Shown here: positions 24,788 to 36,000 of the stretch, piece by piece
How the letters are laid out: each line of letters begins with the position of its first letter
Numbering within the stretch: the stretch's first letter is position 1
Notes under the pieces: model-generated
Databases searched by the model: none
What the model was told of the DNA's origin: nothing
Seen by the model: the letters and a program-made list of their open reading frames with translations, nothing else
Translations under genes and position numbers: made by a program
From: Macrostomum hystrix
Taxonomy: Eukaryota; Animalia; Platyhelminthes
Length of the DNA stretch: 64,000 nucleotides
Reading direction: 5' to 3'
NCBI GenBank assembly: GCA_950097015.1
Contig: CATNEN010000010.1
Location: 1,550,001-1,614,000 of the forward strand

Positions 24788-27700
24788 ATGTACGGCCTCC
24801 TTCTTGAGGGACTTCGCAGCTTCGTCATGGAGCACTATGGCGACGACATGTGGTTCTTCCTGATTCGCAAGTCCGGAATTGAAATAAAGAGCTTCTCCAT
24901 TCACGAGGTGTACAGTGAGACCATCATACCGAAGATCCTGGCCACTGCATCTTCTAACTTGAACATAGACGTGTCCACCTTGGCTTACGCCAATGGAGAC
25001 TACTTTGTCTCCTACCTGTCCAACTTCGGCTACGACGGCGTTCTCCGCGTTCTCGGCCGCAACCTGCGGGACTTTCTGAACGGGCTGGACAATCTGCACG
25101 AGTATCTACGCATGAGCTACAAGAAGCTGCGCCCGCCATCATTTTTCTGCATGAACGAGAGCTCCACTGGCATCACACTGCAGTACCGGACTCGCAGGCA
25201 GGGCTACACGCACTACGTTCAGGGCATGATCATTAATATCGGCAAGACATTCTACCAGACCCGAATCACTATCACTGTCATCAACTTGGAGGAGACCAGC
25301 GAGATGACCAACTGTGTCATGCGGCTGCACTTTAACAATACCAGCTTCCGGGTGAGACCAGGAGAGAAAAGAGTTTGGAAAGGGCTAATACTTTCCTGGT
25401 CGCCGGGAAAACCTCACTGAAAATTGCGCCCCAAGTCCGGCTCTGTTGTCAATACAAATTTGCAGAAAGCGATCGATGACTTCCCCGTACCCTCGGAGGT
25501 TTTCTTTGAGGTCTTCCCTTTCAACATTGTCTTCAACCGCGGCCTGGAGATCACTCATGCTGGCGATGGCATCTTGAACGCTTTGCCCGACCTTGAAGGC
25601 ATGCTTGTTAACGAGGCATTCCTGCTTACCCGGCCTATGATCCCCTTCACCTGGGATAAGGTGAATTTGTATCAAGCGATGCCTAGTGCCTTTATGAAGC
25701 ACTCGGTGTCGATTTTTTTACTTTATAACAACCTCTAGTAAAGGTAGAATTTAGCTAGATTTTTCATATGAAAACTACTTTCAGGTGATCATGCACACCA
25801 ACAACGTGTTCGAGATCATGTCGCTGCAGAAAATGGATGAAAAAGATCAGGAGGCCCTGAAGGCTCTCACTGAAGAAAAGAACAGAAAGACAAGTGGTAA
25901 GATTGCCTGTTGTTGCACCCAGATCTAATCGAACCCAGACTTATAAACTGAGTCGCCCAAATGTCTGACCAGGTGGCCAGGATAAGTACAAGACGAGTTT
26001 GAGCTCATTGAGCACTTCGCTGCGGCTGCGCGGCCAGATGAAGTATATGGACGGCTGGGATGCCATCGTGTTCCTTGGCACACCGCAGCTGCAGGATGTG
26101 GACACGATGCAGCGGGCCGGCCTGTTTGTGAACGACCTCAGCATGCACGACTCCTCGCGCGACATGGTGCTGTGCGGCGAACAGCAGCAGGCCGAGCTGA
26201 AGCTGGCGCTGCAGCAGCAGGAGGAGAAGAGCAAGCGCTTTCAGGAGGCCCTGATGCGGCTGGACCTGGAGAGGAAGCGCTCCGACGAGCTTCTGTACCA
26301 GATGATACCGAAACAGGTATGCAGAGCGGAACCCAAAAAATTGGCAGAATCCTCTTATAGTTCTAGTTATACAAGGATTTGAAGACAGCCCCTGAAAGCG
26401 TGGTACGGAGTAGCCCTAAACCTACTCAACCAACCATAAACTTTTCGCAAAAACATAAACAGGTCGCTGACAAGATACGCACTGAAGGCACATCAACGAG
26501 GATATGCTCAACTTTCGATGACGCCACAGTACAATTCAGTGACGTTTGCGACTTCAAAAACATCTCGAACTTGATAACGCCGCAGCAGGTTGTAACTTTG
26601 CTCAACACCATTTACGCCTGCTTTGACGAGCTCACAGAGAAGCATCGAGTCTACAAGGTGGAGACAGTTAATGACGTGTACATGATTGCGTCAGGAATAC
26701 CTACGGTTACGAAGTTCCACGCGGCCATTATGGCCGAGATGGCACTGGAGATGGTGTCGGCTGTCACTTCGATTGGCGACCCTTCTGACCCAGGCAATCA
26801 CATCAAGATCAGAGTCGGTGCGTGGGAGAAGCTTGAATGCAGGTCCCTGATTACTTTTGAAAATATTTAGAAATTCTGTTGAGTTAGATACCTGAAAAAT
26901 TACTCGTATTTCAGGACTGAGCCAATAGAAAAGGCTTGGAAGTTATTTAAAACTATAGCGATTCAACATACTACTGATGACTTTCATTCAGTAGTATAGT
27001 TAAGAACTCGCCCCTGCAGGCATTCACAGTGGCACTGTGATAGCCGGCGTTGTCGGGCTGAAGCTGCCGCGCTACTGCCTGTTTGGAGACGTTGTGAACA
27101 CGGCATCCCGGATGGAGTCCAACGGCATGAGCCAGCGGATTCACATCAGCGAGGACACTAAGGCCAGGCTCGATGCGTACAAGGTGTACCAGACGTCACT
27201 GCGAGGCGAGGTTGACATTAAGGTAGGCCACCCCGCACCCAGTACGCTATCAAACTGCCTGATGGCTGCAAGATGTTGCAGCTTTAATTATGCTGTGATT
27301 ACGCCGATGGTGACCTTTGAATCACGGGAAACCTGCAGGCAAATGGAACGCATTCTTGATGGGAAAATGCCCACAAATGCGTGCATTGTGCAAGCGTGAA
27401 AAACGACCGTTTGCAAAGCTCGCAATAGCAGCAGGCGAGGCTATTTAAGTACCACTTGATGATCGGGATTCGGATTATAGCGAAGGAGTACTTTTTGCAT
27501 CGGCATTTTATCTTGCTACGAAGAATTAGTGCTCTTTTCACTTATTTTTCTTCTTTTTTTGCGTGTTGCAACCTTCTCTGTACGGGATTAGCTCGTATAT
27601 GCGTATTAGAAGGGTTCGAACAGCTAGCTATTCAGGCGGCTCTTTCGTCTAGCCATTTCACTCCTCGAGACCCCATGCTTCGCCAGTGAGTTGTCAGTAC

Positions 27701-28252
27701 TCACTCCGCCAACCACCTCACTTCACCAACTGCCTGCACTTCGCAAACCGCCCCACTCTACGAAACACTCTCACTCCGCCCAACACTTTCACTCTGCAAG
27801 TCGCCTCACTCCGCCAACCGCCTCACTCCGCCAACCGCCTCACTCCGCCAACCGCCTCACTCCGCAAACCCACCTCACTCCACTTGCATTCGCGTTCAAG
27901 CGAACTGACAAAACAAACAAACTTTCCAGACAATTGCCTAAAATGCTTATAAACAATATTCTCTCAGGGCAAGGGCAAGCTGGTCACTTACTGGCTTGAG
28001 GGCCGTCCGTCACCCAAGACAGACACAGCTGTGTCCAAGCTGCTTTCAATGCTGGACCTCGAGCGCAACAAGCTGGCCGGCAATGTGAGTTCTTCGGCCA
28101 GCGCGCACGACTGGGGCGAGACTGCGGAGTCCCGGAATGCCTCTATGACGGACCAGGTCAGCGAGGCCAGCGCCCGAATCGAGGCCATGAGACCGCCCAG
28201 TGTGCTGGAGGGACACCAGTCACCAGGGGTGGCCATTGCCAGCAACAGCTAG
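24788..28252 (+). CDS. Gyc88E-like: Atypical soluble guanylyl cyclase (Gyc-88E / beta3-like), 695 aa; exons 24788-25351, 25436-25660, 25785-25896, 25973-26316, 26463-26817, 27020-27222, 27968-28252
   Basis: H-NOX start MYGLLLE...[17 protein letters not shown]/coiled coil (LRGQM...[10 protein letters not shown]...[10 protein letters not shown]), cyclase motifs [33 protein letters not shown]. All junctions are GT-AG and in phase (2088 nt). The exon-2 acceptor is the least certain. Confidence 0.93.
27700..27880. repeat. Degenerate 17-bp repeat (CCGCCTCACTCCGCCAA) in sGC intron 6
   Basis: Several near-exact copies at 27800-27870, with degenerate flanks. Confidence 0.8.
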
Positions 28253-30009
28253 ATCTGTGGGATTTAGTACAATTTACACACAAGCATTGGTTGACGAAGC
28301 TGAATGAGTTGCTGTGCTCCAAGTTTGCTCGTGGTTTTGAAGAAATAACAATAACACTCGATGTCAAAACTCAAATGTCTGTGATCAAAAGATAAAGTCC
28401 TATTTTTCCAGTGGAATTGTCAGCAGCCAATCATAATCGTACTCGTACCTCCAGATCAGTCTAGACCAACAGTTCAGAACATTGACTTTCCACTAAATTA
28501 GAAAATAGCTTAATAAAAAATTATAATCTTATTTAGTTTCACTAATTTTTATCTGGTTTAAATAGAGCATGCTTAGACATAACAGCACAAACAATCAGCA
28601 AAAACTTGAAACGGAACTTGCACGTCAGCTAGCACCTTTGTCTCATAGCTAGAACAGCACCACAGAACGCTTAAACAGCTGAAATAAACTAAGAAAATGT
28701 TTCACAATTTAAAGACTATCTGATATTATTGAACCGCAACTTGCTACGGGCACTACGGGATGAAGGAGTTGAACAAGCAAGGCAAAACTGTAATAGGGCA
28801 GAGTCAAGTAGGACACTGAAACTGTCGCCAGGCCACCGTTAGATTGATGGCAGAGCTGAGCGACTCCACGGGACAGACAGGCGGGGGACAAATTCGGCTT
28901 GAAATCCGAGTACCATGGCCACCGCTGCACCAGGGCATCGCATAGCATCAGCATCGAAGTAGAATCAGAAAAGCCCCTGTAGAAATTTGTTCCCAAATGT
29001 CCCTAGACTTTCATCTCCCCCATACCGCTGCACTGACGCGGGGTTCCAGAATTTCAGGCGCACCAATAACATATCAGCATCCACGGCGCCTCTTCGCAGT
29101 CCAGCCTGCACACTGCCCTCTCACCGGTCGATAGACAGCACGCTGGGTTGGCTTCCCTTCCCTCGTAAATTTTTCCTGTCTCTGTTGGCGGTCATAAGTA
29201 TTAGAATTCCACTGCCTGGTTAGTTTCCCATCTCTACCTCCCACTTTCTCCCCCACTCAAGGCTCCAAACATTTCGCCGGATCAGTCAAGGTCCACAGCC
29301 GACAGGCCCGCAGTCAGCGCTCTCTACGCCACCAGGATTTGTGAACGCCAAGCTTTTCGCCCCCCTCCTGGCAGCCTCTTTTAATTCTTTGGCTGGCCTT
29401 AATTTCGGTCGAGTTTTAAAAGAACGAGAGTGAGAGAGAGGGGACACAGCCTCTCCTCTTCCTTTCTATCGCGCTGTCAGGCCGGCAGCCCTCTTTCTCC
29501 AGTACAGTTTCTCCCTCATTTTTCCCATTTTGTAACTGGCACGCTTTCTGCTCAGCTGAGAGGCAACGAGAGAAAGATTCTGGTTCCGCTTCTCCTTACA
29601 ACGCTGTGTCTTTCGACGCTTGCATGCGCAAACTACAAATGAATTAGACCACTTCCGTTTTGCCCCGTATCTTGTTTCGACCCGGCCACTGACCTGACGG
29701 TCGAGTGGCGGTCACAGCACAATCAGGAGTCTCTCCTGTTTATCCCATCCAACTCTTTTCCTAAACTCGTTTTCGACACATCTCGTCAACAAGCAAATAA
29801 CTGACTGTGCCGGCAAGCAGCCAAGCCATTTTAAACTGACCTCGCCAAAGATAGCTAAGCTCTAGCTCCTGGACCACCAGCGGGAGCAGATCGAAATCAC
29901 CTGGATTTGCTAACCGCTTGACCGGTTCGCCTCACCTTTTGAGCCGGCACCTGGCCGCCATTCCGGTTTGTCCCACCTGCTGAGCCGGCACCTGGCTGCC
30001 GTCCTCGCC

Positions 30010-33000
30010 ATGACAACTGACGGCGGCCGGTTCGACTTCGAAGATGGCGGCGCCTATGTTGGCGGCTGGAGTGAGGGCAAGGCGCACGGCCTGGGCCTGG
30101 TGACAGGGCCGCGCGGCCAGGGCGAGTTCGCCGGCCACTGGGAAGACGGCTTCGAGGCCTCGGGTGTGTACATCTGGCCCAGCGGCAACACCTACGAGGG
30201 CGAGTGGCGCCACGGCAAGCGACACGGCGTGGGCGTTGAGGTCAAGGGCCGCTGGGTCTACCGCGGCGAGTGGATGACCGGCTTCAAGGGCCGCTACGGT
30301 GTGCGGGAGAGCCAGGCGAGCGGTGCTCGCTACGAGGGTACCTGGCAGCTGGGCATGCAGGACGGCGCTGGGGTGGAGACTTACGCCGATGGCAGTAAGT
30401 TCAATTTGACTCTTTATATTTTATGGCCTTCGTTTAGCTTCCCATAATGCTTTACGGCGCATATAGGTGAAGCAACAGGTAATTACAGCCGTAGCGAAGA
30501 CACCCATCTAAATTGCAGAGTAAACAATGGTATAGACAAAATTTACGAAATATTCACTAGAAGCTGAATGAAAACTATACGTCGTTGAACTTCCTTGCTT
30601 AAGTTAAATAAAAAAGTCTTCTGACTTTTCTTCCTTGCTGCACAAATCTCCCTGCTAGGAAGTGATATTATCATCGAATACTGCTTTTGCTAAAATGCTA
30701 ATAACTTAAGCTTTTTTTCAGAAAAGGTCCGGGCTGTATACAGGATATCAATGAGTAAACTTATTTACTGAATTTAACTTTTGTTCGAAATAGCACTACA
30801 ATGACCACGCCATGCTGCCGCTTCACCCACTTTCAAAAGGCACATACTCTGGCTTTTGGTTCCACGGCACCCGACACGGCCTTGGAGTCCGCCAGTCCGT
30901 AGCCTACGGCCTGGCTGCGCACTATCGCGACGGTGGCCGCCTGCGAGAGTCGCTGACGTCGCTGCGCTCACAGGACGAGGAAGGCGCCGCGGCAGCCGCC
31001 GCCGCTGGCGCCGGCGGCCAGATGGACTCGATGGGCAAGACGAAGCAGCGGCTGGACGAATCGCGCGGCGGCTTCGTCTTGCGCGGCCGAGCGGTGGCTC
31101 CCTCAGCTGGCGGCGGCGGTGACTCAGGCCAGGGCACCGGGCATCAGAAAGCCAAGCGGAACTCGCTCACCCGGTCTCTGCTGAGCAAACTAAAGCGGCA
31201 GAGATCGACGGGGGACATCACCGACCAGCGGTCCGGCCGCTACTCCGGCTCCATTCGGTCCACCTACAGCGCTCAGAGCCAAGTCACGGACGGCGGAGGT
31301 TCCTCCCTGTCAGACTACTATGAGGAGATTGTGGACCCGGCCACCACGGAGACCTACTACGGAGACTGGAAGCAAGACAAGCGGGCCGGCCTGGGCGTGG
31401 CAGAGCGCAGCGACGGACTCAAGTACGAGGGCGAGTGGGATGGCAACAAGAAGCATGGCTACGGGGCCACCACCTTTCCAGATGGCAGCGTGGAGTCTGG
31501 CAAGTACAAGCAGAACGTGCTCATCGCGAGCACAGCCAAGCGCAGCCGGCTGTTCATCATCAAAAGCTCTCGGCTGAAGGAGCGCGTGGAGACCGCCGTG
31601 CGAGAGGCCAGGAATGCCCGGCTGGAGGCCGTGAAAAAGGCGGAGAATGCGCAGTCCAGGTGAGCAAAGTGCGGTCCGGCGCTGAATTTCCAGCAGCTCT
31701 GAAGTTCCTCTAGCTCGATAATGCTCAATTATTCTGCATCCCAACCAAACGCAGGCAGCAAATCAGCCGACAGAAAGCGGAGCTGGCCGAAGCCGCGGCC
31801 GAGAAGGCACGAAGCGACGCCGAGATGGCACGCAAGCTGGCTAAGGAGTACGCACCTGACTTCCACCAGCCAGGTAGGCCTTGTTGCTTTTGCTGCCTCG
31901 CTACAACGCTTTTTCATATGCTGCTTGAGTACTCAATTTACCTGGGGTAGAAAATCGATCCAGACTCAAAGTATTTCAGAATAATTTTAACAGTAGAAAG
32001 ACCATGCTATTTTGCCCCTTGGGGAAGACCACGGGGTATTCAATACCCGCTGCCTACTTCACGACAGCTCCTAAACCGAATGACCGATTTTTGCGAAAGT
32101 CCACCATCCGAAATATTCCGCCCGATCTATCAATAATAGTACTCGCATTACATGAGCTGAACTTCATGTTATGAAGCTCTATATTACTAACTCACTAAAG
32201 ACTGTCTCAAACTTAAAATTCACATATTACAATCACATACAGCACTGAGATATATCACATACAGAGCTGAGGCATCTGCCACTGCATGTACCAATATCTG
32301 ACCCGTTAGTTCAATGCTGAGATCTGACCTGACCTAAAACCCTGACCCAGGCTTGGAGTTCCTGAAGCGTCGCGCTGAGACAGACGTGTTCAGCACGATC
32401 ACGCTGACGCACAGCAACGGCAATCGGGCGGCCAATGCGGCCAGGCACCGAGCCACCGAGGAACTGCCGGGCCCCGGGGCTACAGGAACGTCGAACAGCC
32501 TCAGTCCCAACCAGCTGGTGGACGGCACACTGCAGGTTCGGCTTCACATTTTCATTTTCGGCTGTGATTTCACTTATGGCCTTGTTAACGCTAGCAGATA
32601 GCGCATAGTTACACAGCGAGGTTTAAGTCCTTATTTATAATAATTTTTTACAGCAGATGGGATAAGACTTTTTGCAGGTGTGACTTTCTGATTTCTTCGA
32701 ACAAAGAGCTTGAATCTAGCCCAATAAGAAAGAATAGTTTGATACGATGGCCGTTGTACGTTGCCGTTTTCAGAAAAAAACTGGGACAATAGCTCCTCAT
32801 TTGCACAATGCACCGTTTGCTAGGTTGGAGGCGGCGGCAGCAGACGCGGCAGTTTCCGAGTTCGTAAAGGGAGCACCGGAGGCGGTGGCGGTGGCGGAGG
32901 CGGCGGCGGAGGCGGAGGACGGCAGCAGCAACAGCAGCAACAGAACCAGCAACTACAGCAGCAGCAGCAGCAGCAACTACAGCAGCAGCAGCAGCAGCAA

Positions 33001-36000
33001 CTACAGCAGCAGCAGCAGCAGCAACTACAGCAGCAGCAGCAGCAGCAGCAAAAACAGCAGCAGCAGCAGCAACTACAGCAGCAGCAGCAGCAAAAACAGC
33101 AGCAGCAGCAGCAACAGCAAAAACAGCAGCAGCAGCAGCAGCAGCAGCAGGCTCAAATGCAACAACAGTACCATCATCAGACTTCCGCGGCTCCTTCACC
33201 GCAGCCGCAGACGCAGCGCTCTACGGAGCCGCGGCTGGAAGCCAGGGAGGTTTCCAGCAGGCTGCAGGCTGCGCCGCCAGGTGGAGGCGGCTTTTCGCGC
33301 AGCACGATGCCTCATTCGCCTCTTGACAGGGTGGAGCCGCTGAAAAACATTCTTAGCTATGCGCCTAGCAACGACCACTTTGATCAGTATCGGTGAGATT
33401 TTTCAAGAATTGAAATAGTTTTGTATATTGTTTGCAGAGAGGATGCGGTTCCAAGTTCCCGTCGCAAACTGGTCTGCCACCCGCCAGAACATCGGCTCCA
33501 CTTCCGAATTCGAGGGCTGCCCATTCGTCCGCTGCAGTGGCAGTTCGACGAAAATGCGACAGCGGCTTCGGCGGTCGAGACTCTTCCTGCGAGGACTCGC
33601 CCGCTGGCAGCAGCGGCGGCGCTGGCGCCCACCGAGGTGATTCTGACAGCGGTCTAAGCGAGGGCAGCGGCGGTGGCAGTGGTGTCGGAGGCAGCAGTGT
33701 TGGCAGCGGCGGCATGGGCAGTCGCAGGCGCACTCTGCCTTCGCTGGTGGCTCCGCCGGTTCGGCCGGCGATGGTGGGAGCGGCAACGCTTGAGGAGGTT
33801 ACCAAAAGGTGGGCGGAGGTCTTTATTGGTGCTTAAGTACTCTCAAGGGCCAAGCCTTAAGCTGTATGAGTATATATTTCGACGGCGACGTCTCTAAAGT
33901 GGCCTCTCAAAAATCTCACTAAGAAGATGTCAGTTACATTAATAATCGAATAAAAATCATTTAGATTCCCCAACTCTAGTTATGGCTCGCCGAGTTGCTG
34001 ACCGTAGATTATGAAAAATGCATGCGCTAAGTACTGCGTTCACTGTGACCCAGTCACTCAGATGAGTCACTCAATGACTGGGCAGATTCTCATGCCTGCG
34101 CTAAGCATTAGTGACTCAGTCACTCAGATGAGTCACCAATGACTGGGCAGTGTTTCTCCTAATTCTCCCGTGACCCATTCTGGCTCCCCGTCTCTAGTGG
34201 AAGCGCACGAGGGATTTTTATGATGCAGTTGCTGGAACGCGGATCAGGCCCGGTGGGGGCACGCTGTAAAGGGCAAAAGCGAAGAAGGACAGGAAGATAG
34301 ACAGCCAACCTGCGGGCCCAAATACCAAGCTGCGGGCAGGGGTGGCTTTGCTGGGTGAGCCACGGAACGGAGTGACAAGAGGTGCCTCACCTTGGATTAG
34401 ACTTTAGCTGCCGCGGCTGTTCTACTCGCCGCTCCTTCGGTCCCTCTCTGAATCTGGCTCCCCTCCCGTAAGAAAAGAAGCAGCAGCAGCAGCAGCAGCA
34501 GCCGATTCCCCACCCCAGACCCGGTTCTTGTCCTGAAAAGTGCAAATGAAAGCCCGGCGCCCACCTTCACGCGATCGATTTAAATAGCAGAATTGCAGAA
34601 CTGGGAATGGCGGGGTAATGAACCATAGGCTCGAGTTTATGGGGCCAAGCCAAGATCCCTCACAAGCGCTTGCATGCATTTAATTTTCCCAAGTTAAACG
34701 TCTGCTATAAGTCGTAGCTAAACCATAGCCTCAACTGTAGCCTAAACCATAGCCTCAACTGTAGCCTAAACCATAGCCTCAACTGTAGCCTAAACCATAG
34801 CCTCAACTGTAGCCTAAACCATAGCCTCAACTGTAGCCTAAACCATAGCCTCAACTGTAGCCTAAACCATAGCCTCAACTGTAGCCTAAACCATAGCCTC
34901 AAAAGCTAAACCATAGCCTCAACTGTAGCCTAAACCATAGCCTAAACTGTAGCCTAAACCATAGCCTCAACTGTAGCCTAAACCATAGCCTAAACTGTAG
35001 CCTAAACCATAGCCTCAACTGTAGCCTAAACCATAGCCTCAACTGTAGCCTAAACCATAGCCTAAACTGTAGCCTAAGCCATAGCCTCAAAAGCTAAACC
35101 ATGTTGAGGCTGGAGGAGCGGCGAAGACAGGGCGAGATCATCATATAGCCTCAACTGTAGCCTAAACCATAGCCTAAACTGTAGCCTAAACCATAGCCTC
35201 AACTGTAGCCTAAACCATAGCCTAAACTGTAGCCTAAACCATAGCCTAAACTGTAGCCTAAACCATAGCCTCAACTGTAGCCTAAACCATAGCCTCAACT
35301 GTAGCCTAAACCATAGCCTCAACTGTAGCCTAAACCATAGCCTCAAAGGCTAAACCATAGCCTCAACTGTAGCCTAAACCATAGCCTAAACTGTAGCCTA
35401 AACCATAGCCTAAACTGTAGCCTAAACCATAGCCTAAACTGTAGCCTAAACCATAGCCTCAACTGTAGCCTAAACCATAGCCTAAACTGTAGCCTAAACC
35501 ATAGCCTCAACTGTAGCCTAAACCATAGCCTCAAAGGCTAAACCATAGCCTCAACTGTAGCCTAAACCATAGCCTAAACTGTAGCCTAAACCATAGCCTC
35601 AACTGTAGCCTAAACCATAGCCTCAAAGGCTAAACCATAGCCTCAACTGTAGCCTAAACCATAGCCTAAACTGTAGCCTAAACCATAGCCTCAACTGTAG
35701 CCTAAACCATAGCCTCAACTGTAGCCTAAACCATAGCCTAAACTGTAGCCTAAACCATAGCCTCAACTGTAGCCTAAACCATAGCCTCAACAGCTCGTAA
35801 ACCATAGCCAAAGATTAACTTTCAAAATCCCAGTGTGGAGAACGTGAAGGAGTCTACCTACATAGTGGAGAATGGCATTCGCAAGCGGGTGAAGGCGGAC
35901 GCCAGCAGGGCAGCGGGCGGCGAGCTGCCGAAGCAGTACCGCATCGAGTCACAGACCCGGCTCGCCAAGGACCTCGGCGAGGGCAGCCTACCGGATGTGA

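Noticed and set aside
25352-25435. In-frame TGA at 25418-25420 as readthrough or selenocysteine in the cyclase
   Set aside because: It lies within an 84-nt GT-AG intron (CGG|GTGAGA...CCAAG|TCC) with a branch-like CTCACTGA.
32648-33343. Minus-strand polyAla ORF and plus-strand polySer ORF
   Set aside because: Alternative frames of the junctophilin polyQ exon. The splice phases fix the Gln frame.
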